A stretch of 64,000 nt of DNA from an uncultured cyanobacterium. Its GTDB lineage: Bacteria > Cyanobacteriota > Cyanobacteriia > Cyanobacteriales > Nostocaceae. Of the stretch, positions 10,388 through 21,000 are shown one piece after another. The position numbers and the translations under genes are program-made. The DNA is taken from contig OY970166.1 of NCBI GenBank assembly GCA_963706595.1, positions 1,920,001-1,984,000 of the forward strand, written 5' to 3'. Each line of letters begins with the position of its first letter. Position 1 is the first letter of the stretch. The notes beneath the pieces are model-generated. The model was not told the DNA's origin. It searched no databases and saw only the letters and a list, made by a program, of their open reading frames with translations.

Positions 10388-11914
10388 CTAAGCGCCTACG
10401 GATTCTTTGGCTGCATAAAGCACTTCGGCGTTAATCTCTTTGAAGCCTCTCTCACGGGCAAATTTCTCGGTGTTGCGTTTGACTTTACCTCGCACAAATC
10501 CGGGAATTTTGTTGAGTTCGGCTTGTCCGTCTTTCGACCAGTTGAGGTCTGAGTCGGCTGAGATTCCTTTGGTAATTACTTCTTTGGTGTCGTGTCCACC
10601 GAAGATTTCTAAGAGGTGATCTTCCATTCCCAAGGTGAAGGAGTTGTATATCAAGTCTGTGATCTGATTTGTTCCTTCGTAACCTAAAAATGGTTTGTAT
10701 CCTATGGGGAAGTTCTGGACGTGTATGGGTGATGCTATGACTCCACAAGGAATGTCTAAGCGTTTTCCTACGTGGCGTTCCATTTGTGTACCGAATATGG
10801 CTGAGGGTTCCACACGGGCGATCGCATCTCCAATTTCTCCGTGATCGTCGGTAATCAGCACTTCGTCACAATATTCGCTCACCTGTTCGCGGAACCAGTC
10901 TGCATCATATTTACAGTAGGTTCCCGCCCAAACTACGTGTATCCCCATTTCTCTCGCCAAAATCTTGGTCATGGCCGCAGCGTGGGTATTGTCGCCAAAG
11001 ACTACGGCTTTTTTACCAGTCAAGTTTTGACAGTCAATAGAACGGGAGAACCACACAGCTTGAGATACATTCATGGTTTGTTCGGTGATGAATGCTTCGT
11101 AATCAGCTTCAGCGCCTTGGGCGTTAATTACCTGCTGAATTTTACGGATACATCTGGCAGTTTCTACTACACCCATTGGGGTAATATCTACACAAGGTGT
11201 ACCGAATTGTTCTTCTAAGTAAGCAGCAGTGGCTAAACCCAGTTCTCGGTAAGGAACTAAGTTAAACCAAGCTTGGGGTAATTTTTTCAAGTCATGAACC
11301 GAAGCACCTTCAGGAATCATCGTATTGATTTCAATTCCTAAGTCAGCCATTAGCCGCTTGAGTTCGGTGCAGTCGTGGTTGTTATGAAAACCCAGGGTAG
11401 AATTACCTATAATGTTAACAGAAGGTTTTGCCGTTTTGCCTTCTGGTAATTCGCCCCGCTTCCGGGCTTTTTCGATGTAATACTGCACAATTTGGTGCAA
11501 TGTGCGGTCTGCGGCTTGCAGTTCGTTGAAGCGGTAGTGGTTGACATCTGCTAACATGACATCCCCTTTGGCTTCTAGCTGCGCCCGTTCTACAAAGTTG
11601 TGTAAATCTTCTTGGAGAATGCTAGATGTGCAGGTGGGAGTTAACACAATTAAATCGGGGTGTTCTTCACCATCTTTGCGGACTATGTTATCTACTACTT
11701 TTTCTTGAGAACCCCTGGCTAAAACGTTGCGGTCAACTACACTGGTGGTTACAGGGGTAAAGTTTTTCTCCCGTGATAACATGGAGCGCATGACGTTGAA
11801 GTAGTCATCGCCTAGTGGGGCGTGCATAATCGCATGGACGTTTTTAAATGAACTCGCGACTCGCAGTGTGCCGATGTGGGCTGGCCCTGCATACATCCAG
11901 TAAGCTAATTTCAT
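10388..11914 (-). CDS. chlB: Light-independent protochlorophyllide reductase subunit B
   Basis: [39 protein letters not shown] start; C-terminal [15 protein letters not shown]. Confidence 0.97.
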   Translation of the reverse strand: MKLAYWMYAGPAHIGTLRVASSFKNVHAIMHAPLGDDYFNVMRSMLSREKNFTPVTTSVVDRNVLARGSQEKVVDNIVRKDGEEHPDLIVLTPTCTSSILQEDLHNFVERAQLEAKGDVMLADVNHYRFNELQAADRTLHQIVQYYIEKARKRGELPEGKTAKPSVNIIGNSTLGFHNNHDCTELKRLMADLGIEINTMIPEGASVHDLKKLPQAWFNLVPYRELGLATAAYLEEQFGTPCVDITPMGVVETARCIRKIQQVINAQGAEADYEAFITEQTMNVSQAVWFSRSIDCQNLTGKKAVVFGDNTHAAAMTKILAREMGIHVVWAGTYCKYDADWFREQVSEYCDEVLITDDHGEIGDAIARVEPSAIFGTQMERHVGKRLDIPCGVIASPIHVQNFPIGYKPFLGYEGTNQITDLIYNSFTLGMEDHLLEIFGGHDTKEVITKGISADSDLNWSKDGQAELNKIPGFVRGKVKRNTEKFARERGFKEINAEVLYAAKESVGA

Positions 11915-12217
11915 GAATGTGTTCTCCCTTTGCAACTGAAATAACTATAAGTGCTTGATTATGAAATCGCTTCTGATTGTCTCAAATGTTGGAGTCGCAA
12001 TGAAAGGGGAGTTTTTGTTGATGGGGTTGGTAATTAATCGCTGAAACTGAGTGGGTGATTGGGGTTTAGCTTCTGGTTTTAACAATATTCATGTTGTTTA
12101 ATTAAATAACTCTTAATGATTGGACAAGTATTTTTATCAATTTTTGTTGATTGTTAAATTAATGCTAAGAATATTTTGCACCGCAGAGGCGCAGAGTACA
12201 CAGAGGAGAGAATACAT

Positions 12218-12955
12218 CTAGACTGTGGTGGGATTGCAGACTACTTCTTTAATTAATCGTCCGTCTTCCATCTGAATGATCCGGTCTGCTATGTCTAATA
12301 TGCGGTTGTCGTGTGTCACCATTAAGATGGCGCAGTTCTGTTCTCTGGCTAGTTGTTGCATGAGGTTGACTACATCTCGTCCCGTTGTACTGTCTAAAGC
12401 GGCGGTGGGTTCATCTGCTAGGACTAATTTGGGATGACTGACTAAAGCCCGCGCGATCGCCACTCGTTGTTTTTGTCCTCCGGAAAGATCCGATGGATAG
12501 TAATCTACTCGATTCCCCAATTTTACAGCGTTGAGCATCGCTTCTGCTTTCCGGTGTGCTTCTTTTGAGGAGATGTTTGTATGTAACTCTAGTGACATTT
12601 GGACGTTTTGTCGGGCTGTTAAAAAATCTAATAAATTATGAGCTTGAAAAATATAGCCAATATGACGACGTACTTTGACTAATTCTTCATTACTAGCTCC
12701 ATAAAGTTCTTTTCCTAAAAACTTGAGACTTCCATCTTGAATCGAACGTAAACCTCCAATTAAGGTCAGTAAGGTGGTTTTTCCTGAACCTGAAGGTCCT
12801 GTCATAATGACAATTTCTCCAGGTTGAATGGCTAAATTAATATTAAACAAAATCTGGAGCCTTAAGGCATTTTTTCCCAAGTATTGGTTCAGGTTTTCTA
12901 TTTTGACAATATATTGTTTTTGAATCTGCCGAGAGCCAAATTTATCTGTGTCCAT
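12218..12955 (-). CDS. devA: DevA-family ABC exporter ATP-binding subunit
   Basis: GPSGSGKTT, LSGGQKQRVAIARAL, ADEPTAALD and VTHDNRILD; downstream of devB/devC homologues. Confidence 0.85.
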   Translation of the reverse strand: MDTDKFGSRQIQKQYIVKIENLNQYLGKNALRLQILFNINLAIQPGEIVIMTGPSGSGKTTLLTLIGGLRSIQDGSLKFLGKELYGASNEELVKVRRHIGYIFQAHNLLDFLTARQNVQMSLELHTNISSKEAHRKAEAMLNAVKLGNRVDYYPSDLSGGQKQRVAIARALVSHPKLVLADEPTAALDSTTGRDVVNLMQQLAREQNCAILMVTHDNRILDIADRIIQMEDGRLIKEVVCNPTTV

Positions 12956-12990
12956 CTGTGTTCATCTTTTTCTATGGGCGGTTAATACTT

Positions 12991-13403
12991 TCGGGGATGA
13001 AACCTCACCCCAACCCTCTCCTTAGTAAGGAGAGGGAGCAGGAATATATTTTAATTAACTAAGTTAAAAAATATCGGCTGGGTCTACATTTCGCAGCTTA
13101 TTTGTAGATAAGAATCCAGATACTAAAATCGGGAATGAAACCTCACCCCAACCCTCTCCTTAGTAAGGAGAGAGAGCAGGAATATATTTTAATTAACTAA
13201 GTTAAAATATATCGGCTGGGTCTACATTTCGCAGCTTATTTGTAGATAGAAATCCAGATACTAAAATCGGGGATGAAACCTCACCCCAACCCTCTCCTTA
13301 GTAAGGAGAGGGAGCAGGAATATATTTTAATTAACTAAGTTAAAATATATCGGCTGGGTCTACATTTCGCAGCTTATTTGTAGATAGAAATCCAGATACT
13401 AAA
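12991..13403. repeat. Three tandem 138-bp copies containing the devC 3' end and a hairpin
   Basis: Units start at 12991, 13129 and 13267 and are near-identical. Confidence 0.92.
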
Positions 13404-14512
13404 CACATAATCATGGCTAGGCAAAATACAAATATTGCTCTTTCTGAATTCATCATTACAGGTAATTGAGTCGCGTTCTTGGCAATATCATATAAACCTA
13501 AAGATATGGCAAAACCTGGAACATAACCTAAAGATGCTAAAAGTATAGCTTGTTGGAAAACTATACTCAAAAGATATTTGTTTTTAAATCCCATCGCTTT
13601 GAGTGTGGCATATTCAGCTAAGTGATTAGAAATGTTACTATAGAGAATTTGATAAACGACTATCACACCGACAACAAAACCCATAGTCACCATGAAGTTA
13701 AACACAAACCCAATGGGTGTTCTCAGAGTCCAATAGTCTTTTTCTAATTTGATAAAATCTTCACGAGCAATGAGTTTGACATCTTGAGGTAACTTGGTTG
13801 CTAAATTTGCCAAAACTTTTTCCGGGTTAGCACCGGGTTTGAGCTTAATTAAACCTATATCTATATCTTGTACAGAACGCTCTTGGAATATCCTCAGAAA
13901 AGTTGAGATGCTCACTATTAAATTTCCATCGACTCCGAAGGAAGGACCTAAGCTAAATAAGCCGCCAATTTTGACTTTGTAACCAACTAAGCCAATATAG
14001 CTAAATATTTCAGCCACTACAGTTTTTCCCTGCTCAAAATTTTCAGCCACGGGTCCAAATTCTGGGCGAGATGCACTGTCAAATAAAACCTGATCAGGAA
14101 GTCGGATTAAGTGGAGATTTTGCTGAACGTTTGGTAGATTTATAATCGATGTTATTGGATTAAATCCCAATACATATATAGGGTATTTAAAACCAGTTTG
14201 GGGATTCTTTAGTTTAGCAAATTGTACATATAAAGGACTAACTGATTCTACATCTTCAGAGCCTAAAATCTGGTATAAACGCTGACGAGGAAAGCTTTGG
14301 TTAGATGTCAGAGATTGATATTGAATACTAATTAAAAATAGGTTTCCATCGAGATTCTTATGCAACTGTGTAGCACTTGCATAGAGTGCATCCTGAAAAC
14401 CAATTTGCAGAAACATCAGCACGGATACAAAAGCAATTCCAGCTAAGGCGACAATAAAGCGAGCTTTTTGTTTAACTAATTGTAGCCAAGCTAGAGGTAT
14501 GTTGAGAATCAT
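13340..14512 (-). CDS. devC: DevC/HgdC-family ABC exporter permease
   Basis: IPLAWLQL, GFQDAL, LGPSFGVDGNL, EYATLKAMG and DPADIF terminus. Confidence 0.9.
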   Translation of the reverse strand: MILNIPLAWLQLVKQKARFIVALAGIAFVSVLMFLQIGFQDALYASATQLHKNLDGNLFLISIQYQSLTSNQSFPRQRLYQILGSEDVESVSPLYVQFAKLKNPQTGFKYPIYVLGFNPITSIINLPNVQQNLHLIRLPDQVLFDSASRPEFGPVAENFEQGKTVVAEIFSYIGLVGYKVKIGGLFSLGPSFGVDGNLIVSISTFLRIFQERSVQDIDIGLIKLKPGANPEKVLANLATKLPQDVKLIAREDFIKLEKDYWTLRTPIGFVFNFMVTMGFVVGVIVVYQILYSNISNHLAEYATLKAMGFKNKYLLSIVFQQAILLASLGYVPGFAISLGLYDIAKNATQLPVMMNSERAIFVFCLAMIMCLVSGFLSTNKLRNVDPADIF

Positions 14513-14599
14513 CTAGCTAACCTCAAATGTAAGTAGGCGGGTGTGAATAAAGCCGTCGTCATTTGTCTTTTATCATCGGGAAGGGTTTGAGGCGTTTAT

Positions 14600-15799
14600 T
14601 TATATGTCAATGAGTACCTGCACTTGTAAGTCGGTTAGAGTCGTAACTGGTTGGTCTTTAGGTAGCTGATCGAGGCGGATTTTGACATCAACTACTTTGT
14701 TATCTGTATTCACTTGGGGATTGAGATCAAAAATATTTTGTCTACTAACTTGCAAACCAATATCTGTAACTTTTCCGCGTAATTCTCCGCTAAAAGCATT
14801 GCTAGTAATCATGGCTGACTGTCCTAGACGTACTTTTTGAATATCGGTTTCATAGACTTCTGCAACGACATACATTTGTTGTGTGCGTCCTAACTCTGCT
14901 ATCCCGGCGCTGGTGATAATTTCTCCGGGGCGAGTGTTAATTTTCAGCACTTGGCCGTCGATAGGCGATCGCACTGAACTTAAATCCCAGTCAGCTTGGG
15001 CTTGTCTGACAGAGGCGATCGCACTCTCAACGTCAGTTTGTGCGGCTTGAATATCAGTAGGACGAACTTCCGCAATACTCTGGAGTCTAGCTTCAGCTTC
15101 ATTTAACTGCTTTTGCAGAGTTTCTACAGTCCGCTTCAGAGCCGCTTGAGCTTCATTTAGCTGCTGTCTGACAGTATCAACTCGCAACTGTTTGCTCTCT
15201 GCATTGGAAGCGGAAACCGCACCTTCATCATATAACTGTCGATATCGTCGATTTTCACTCTCAGCATTCCGCAACTCAGCTTCTAAACGAGCAATTGTGG
15301 CTTCTTGCGCCGAAACTTCTCCTCTCAATTGAGCTTCTAAACGAGCAATTGTAGCTGCTTGTGCAGAGATGTCTCCGGCTTTTGCTCCCGCTTTTACTTG
15401 GTTAACACCCGCTTGAGCAACTAAAACCTGTTTTTGGGCTTTTTCTAAAGCTGCAAGTCGAGTATAATAATTGTCTAAAATTGCCACCACTTCCCCTTGA
15501 GTCACCCAGTCCCCTTGATTAACCAAGAGTTTTGCCACCCGCACCCCCGTTTGGGAATTAGCAGCAGATAACCGAATCACTTCGCCTTGAGGCTCTAAAC
15601 GTCCTAAAGCAGCAACAGCAGTGATAGCAGGGGAACTGCTGGGTGTAATTAAAGTTTCCACTGTCGAAGTTGAACGATTGCGGGAAAAACTGTAGAAGGA
15701 AATTGTCCCAGTCGCTACAGCTATAGAAATTGCCAAAATTATTGACAACTGACTTACAGGTTTTGTGAATAACTGTCTTTGTTTGGGTACCATAATCAC
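14600..15799 (-). CDS. devB: DevB/HgdB-family membrane fusion protein
   Basis: N-terminal TM, ALGRLEPQGEVI, coiled coil and AEVYETDI. Confidence 0.9.
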   Translation of the reverse strand: MIMVPKQRQLFTKPVSQLSIILAISIAVATGTISFYSFSRNRSTSTVETLITPSSSPAITAVAALGRLEPQGEVIRLSAANSQTGVRVAKLLVNQGDWVTQGEVVAILDNYYTRLAALEKAQKQVLVAQAGVNQVKAGAKAGDISAQAATIARLEAQLRGEVSAQEATIARLEAELRNAESENRRYRQLYDEGAVSASNAESKQLRVDTVRQQLNEAQAALKRTVETLQKQLNEAEARLQSIAEVRPTDIQAAQTDVESAIASVRQAQADWDLSSVRSPIDGQVLKINTRPGEIITSAGIAELGRTQQMYVVAEVYETDIQKVRLGQSAMITSNAFSGELRGKVTDIGLQVSRQNIFDLNPQVNTDNKVVDVKIRLDQLPKDQPVTTLTDLQVQVLIDI

Positions 15800-15925
15800 T
15801 TTTTTCTCAGTTAAAGATATGGAAAGAAATCCGGTTTGATTTATGAAAAAATTAAATATTGTAGGGTGCGTAAGGATAAAATCCGTAACGCACCATGATT
15901 AACGACTTTGTGCCGTACTCTCCCG

Positions 15926-16019
15926 TAGACATCTGGTGAAAAAGAATGTAGAGACGTTTCATGGAACCTCTCTACAACGGTTCTGTGATCACGCATATTT
16001 TATTTTCACCTGATGTCTA
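15926..16019. mobile_element. MITE-like element with TAGACATCTGGTGAAAA / TTTTCACCTGATGTCTA ends
   Basis: 17-bp inverted ends around a GTAGAGACG...TCTCTAC palindrome. Confidence 0.55.
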
Positions 16020-16027
16020 ATAACTAC

Positions 16028-16351
16028 TTACTTGTTGAGGACTACCTCTTTTTTATTTTTCATAATTGCTAAGTATTCACGACGTGTTCCGTCTATTCGG
16101 TAATGGTCACAGATTTGGCAGAGTTTCAAAATATCCAATCGGCTGAATAGTTTTTGATGCTCAATGTTGTTATCAGTCCTCCATCGCCAAAAAGTTGTCC
16201 GGTCAATACGGCGATTACTCTCAGGCCATCTGCGTCGGGATAAGAAATCTACTATTTCTTGTTCATAAAACGAGTAGCCTTTAGGCAATTTTAACAGTTC
16301 TTCTCTTAACTCAACTAGCGGAATGAGTGGATCTAACTCAGATAGTCTCAT
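16028..16351 (-). CDS. Small putative DNA-binding protein (MerR/excisionase-like HTH)
   Basis: 107 aa; IDRTTFWRWR resembles a MerR-type recognition helix; heads the devBCA side of the cluster. Confidence 0.55.
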   Translation of the reverse strand: MRLSELDPLIPLVELREELLKLPKGYSFYEQEIVDFLSRRRWPESNRRIDRTTFWRWRTDNNIEHQKLFSRLDILKLCQICDHYRIDGTRREYLAIMKNKKEVVLNK

Positions 16352-16547
16352 GCCAGCAATCCTTTATAGTTTCGTGTCAGTCTAATTATGTAGAATGCTT
16401 GATGCAACACGGCTTCATTTTATGTAAGTGTATTTTCATCCTGAGTGAATTTCCATGAATAGAGGAATAAGATAATCAAGCAAGTTTATGTTTCTGTATT
16501 TCTCTTTTGGGAAAATTCACAGTATTTCATGAGATTTTCTATAACTT

Positions 16548-16588
16548 AGAATAAACAGGTTGATACTCAATTGCAACCCATACGCAAC
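16548..16588 (-). promoter_or_regulatory. Putative promoter TTGCAA-N17-TATTCT with an upstream GTTGC direct repeat
   Basis: Reverse complement of 16562-16588 matches 17782-17808 at 22 of 27 positions. Confidence 0.55.
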
Positions 16589-17304
16589 AAATTTGATGAT
16601 AAAAAATTGGCAAAATGGCAGAGAATATTTATGTGCATAAGTTATGCCAAACAACAATTATTCCCTAGATTTTTTCACCTGAAGAATGGATGTGTAATTA
16701 ATTAGTCAGGTGTTTAAAACCAGAAATAAAATTATTAGCAACTAAATTTACATTCCCTCACAAAAAAATCATTATTAAGTAGACTGACTTGATTGAATAT
16801 ACAATATTTCCAGTGATTTCAGGTGAAGATATTCGCCCTTGATAGGCACTGCAATGTTCCCTACGACAGATGTCGGGCAAATAAATTCAAACTGCTGTAT
16901 AGGGTATGCGATTCGCCAGCCTCAGACTTCTTAGCGATAAATTTTGTAGTCATTCGCTCACCAAGTGCTAATGTCTATACAAGCCTTGTCAGCTTTTTAA
17001 CTTAGTCCTGAATTTTAAAATTCTGCTTTCAAATCAAATCAATCTTTAGACAGATGGAAAAACTAGTGAGATAAATCAATTGAGTAATACTTGATTTTTT
17101 TCACAGCGTAAATATGCTACTTTATACAACAATTAGCCTGGGGAAATTAACGAGAATTTCGTTAAAAACGAAGATAATAAATGCGATTTATGCAATTTGT
17201 ATGCAATTTAGATCAATATAAATTTACTGTATGACATAATAAAAATTCAGATTGTAAATAACTATTTAACTAATAGTTATAGCCCTCCACATAACAGAGA
17301 TAAA

Positions 17305-17586
17305 ATGAGATTACAGCGATTCATGCTCTCATTACCAAGTTTTGATAATCAGAGGCTAATGTTTCATGCAGCTCGCCAGACTCTTCGGAAAGCGGAGATG
17401 GCACGCCTGGCAGTGCATGAATGGCTCAATCAGCACGATTTTGAGCTAGAGGAGTGGAAAAATAAAACCGCTTCTGAGCTAGAAATTAGTATTAGTGAGC
17501 TAGAGCAAAAATTATTAGCTGCTAATCAGCAACAGGTAATGAAAAGAAAGAAAGGTGATCATGCTGATTCAGAAACTAATTATTGA
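17305..17586 (+). CDS. Small putative ribbon-helix-helix regulator
   Basis: 93 aa; alternating strand RFMLSLP then two helices (…KAEMARLAVHEWL) and a coiled C-terminus. Confidence 0.5.
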   Translation: MRLQRFMLSLPSFDNQRLMFHAARQTLRKAEMARLAVHEWLNQHDFELEEWKNKTASELEISISELEQKLLAANQQQVMKRKKGDHADSETNY

Positions 17587-17781
17587 GGAAGTTATCGAGT
17601 CCGATGTATAACCATGTAACTAATCACAAGTGATATAGCCATCCTATTTGATTTATGAATTTATCGAACCGCCAAGTCGCCAAGGTCGCCAAGTGAAGAA
17701 GTAAAGAGGTTCAGAAATAATTTAGGACTGCTATATGTCCAAATTATTGCGCGCCGTTCACATCTTTTTGATTTATATCGA

Positions 17782-17822
17782 GTTGCATATAAGTTGCAAT
17801 CGAGAATCACCCAGTCTAATAT
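17782..17822 (+). promoter_or_regulatory. Putative PKS operon promoter TTGCAA-N17-TAATAT with an upstream GTTGC direct repeat
   Basis: GTTGCATATAAGTTGCAATCGAGAATC; mirror of the site at 16562-16588. Confidence 0.55.
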
Positions 17823-18048
17823 GATTGCAATTGGTAAATTAATAGGATGATGTGCATGAGGAACAGGTTCGACATCAAACTATCCCAGCTAAAGTTGTAA
17901 AATAAGTTATGTGGCAACTTTACATATATCCGTAATTTATTGGTCAAAAGTAACCTTGACCTATGAGATGATTGCCAATTATCGGATTAACAGAATAACC
18001 ACTCTCAACACATCTATATTTCACAAGTAAAATAGTTAAGTTGAAGTC

Positions 18049-21000
18049 ATGGCTGCTTCTAAAATTGAAGCTGAATTAGAGCAATTGCAAGATCAGATCA
18101 GCAATTGTGAAAAATCTCTGCTGAAGCTTATACAGGGAAAAAAAATTATGGTGACAAACGTACCGCTAAACACTAGCGAAATAAATAGACAACTGCGACA
18201 TACCCAGATTGCTATTGTTGGCATGGCTTCTATCTTTCCCCAAGCCAAAAACTTACAGGAATATTGGGAAAATATAATTCAGAAAGTTGATTGTATTACG
18301 GATGTTCCACCTTCTCGTTGGAACATAGATGATTATTACGACGCGAACCCCAGAACACCTGACAAAACTTACTGTAAACGGGGTGGATTTATCCCAGATG
18401 TCGATTTCAATCCGATGGAATTTGGTTTACCACCCAATATTTTAGAAGTTACAGATATTTCCCAGTTGTTAGGTTTGCTGGTTGCTAAATCTGCCATCGA
18501 AGATGCTGGCTATGGTGAATCTCGGCAATTTAATCGCGAACGCACTGGTGTAGTGTTGGGTGTTGCTGTCGGTAGACAATTGGCTTTACCACTCAGTTCC
18601 AGAATGCAGTATCCCGTTTGGGAAAAAGTTCTTAAAAGCAGTGGCTTATCTGATGAAGATACCCAAAGCATAGTTGAGAAAATCAAAAGCGCTTATGTGC
18701 AGTGGAATGAGAACGCCTTCCCAGGGATGTTAGCTAATGTCATTACTGGACGAATTGCTAACCGCCTAGATTTAGGGGGAATGAATTGTGTAGTCGATGC
18801 TGCTTGTGCCAGTTCTTTGGGGGCGCTGAAAATCGCTATTAGTGAACTAGTTGAACATCGCTCTGACATGATGCTGACTGGCGGAGTTGACACAGATAAC
18901 ACCATCATGGCTTATATGTGTTTCAGTAAAACCCCTGCTGTTTCCCCCAGTGAGAATGTGAAACCATTCGATGCTGGTTCTGATGGGATGATGCTGGGCG
19001 AAGGTGTGGGAATGTTGGTACTGAAGCGCTTGGAAGATGCCGAGCGAGACAATGACCGGATCTATGCAGTAATTAAAGGTATTGGCAGTTCTAGCGATGG
19101 TCGCTATAAAAGCATTTATGCACCTCGTCCAGAAGGTCAAATTAAAGCTATACATCGCGCTTATGAAGATGCCGACTGTGCGCCTGCAAGTGTGGGTTTA
19201 ATTGAAGCCCACGGTACTGGAACTCTCGCTGGAGATCCCACAGAATTCACATCTATTAAAGCAGTTTTTGGGGAAAATAACCCCAAACAACAATATATTG
19301 CGCTAGGAAGTGTCAAATCACAGATTGGACATACAAAAGCGGCGGCGGGTGCGGCGAGTTTAATTAAAACTGCTTTGGCTCTGCATCATAAAGTATTGCC
19401 ACCCACAATTAACATTACTCAACCTCACCCTAAACTCAATATTGAAAGTTCTCCGTTTTATTTAAACACGGAAACCAGACCTTGGATTGCTACCGATGAC
19501 CAACCCAGAAGGGCTGGAGTCAGTGCTTTTGGCTTTGGTGGGACTAACTATCATGTTGTTTTGGAAGAATACAAACACGAACACAACCAGCCCTATCGCC
19601 TACATAATACTTTCCAGTCGGTATTGATATCAGCTAAAACACCCGCAGAGTTGTTATCGCGCTGTGAAGAAATCCAAAATCAACTAAAATCTGATGCGGG
19701 AGAACGGCATTATGCAGAACTAATTGCGGCTGCTAAAGCTTTAGAAATACCAATCGCAGATGCTAGAGTCGGGTTTGTGGCTAATTCTCTAACTCAAGCT
19801 GGTGAGTTGTTACAAAAATCTATTGACTTGCTGAAAAACAAGTTAGAAGCGGAATCTTGGGAACATCCCCAAGGGATTTATTACCGTAAAACTGGTATCA
19901 GTAAACAGCAGAAGGTTGTAGCGCTGTTTTCTGGTCAAGGCTCGCAATACTTAGAAATGGGTCGGGAATTGGTAATTAACTTTCCCTGCTTACGCCAGAC
20001 TTATGCAGAGATGGACAGGCTTTTATGCCAAGATGGTTTACAGCCTGTTTCGGAAGTTGTATTTCCGAATCCTGTGTTTAATCCAGAATCAAAAGCCGCC
20101 CAGATGTCAGCTTTGCAATTGACAGAATATGCACAGCCAGCAATTGGGGCTTTTAGTGCGGGTCTGTATAAGATTCTCCAACAAGCGGGCTTTAAAGCAG
20201 ATATGGTCGCCGGACATAGTTTCGGAGAGCTTACGGCTTTATGGGTTGCGGGAGTTTTGAGTGAGGAGGATTATTACTTCTTGGTGAAGGCTAGGGGTCA
20301 AGCTATGGCTACACCTCAAGACTCCAAGTTGGATAATGGAACTATGTTGGCGGTGAAAGGAGATGTGAGTCAGGTTAAAGCACTGATTCAAGATTTCCCT
20401 CTGGTTAATATTGCTAATTTGAATTCCCATCAACAAATGGTGCTGGCGGGGACAAAGGCGGAAATTGCTAAAGTTGAAGAGTTGCTGACGGCGAAAGGGT
20501 TCCATACGGTATTGCTGAAAGTTTCCGCAGCTTTTCATACCTCTTTGGTGGCTTATGCTCTGAAACCTTTTGCTCAGGCTATTGAAAGGGTGAGTTTGCA
20601 GCCGCCACAAATACCGGTGTATACCAATTTTACTGGGACTCCTTACCCCAATCAGCCAAAATTTATTCAGAATATTCTTCAAGAACATCTGGGAAATCAG
20701 GTGTTGTTTGAAGAGGAAATTGAAAACATTTATGCTGAAGGCGGTTATTGCTTTGTGGAATTTGGTCCACGCAATACTCTGACTAATTTAGTTAAGGAGA
20801 TTCTGGGCGCGAGATCCCATATAGCTGTAGCGTTAAATACTCATCCTCAAAAAGATAGCGATCGCACTCTCCGAGAAGCTGTTGTACAATTACGTGTCGC
20901 TGGTTTACCTCTGCTCAACCTAGACCCTTATCAACAGTCTCGCCCCATTCCCGCAGAACCTCAAACTAAAGTCTTGAATGTGCGCTTAAATAGCACCAAT

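Noticed and set aside
12991..13403. Possible CRISPR array
   Set aside because: Whole 138-bp units are repeated with no unique spacers.
17090..18048. NtcA box or heterocyst DIF1 (TCCGGA) motif upstream of the PKS
   Set aside because: Only imperfect matches were found (GTA-N7-TAC at about 17108, TCCGTA at about 17929).
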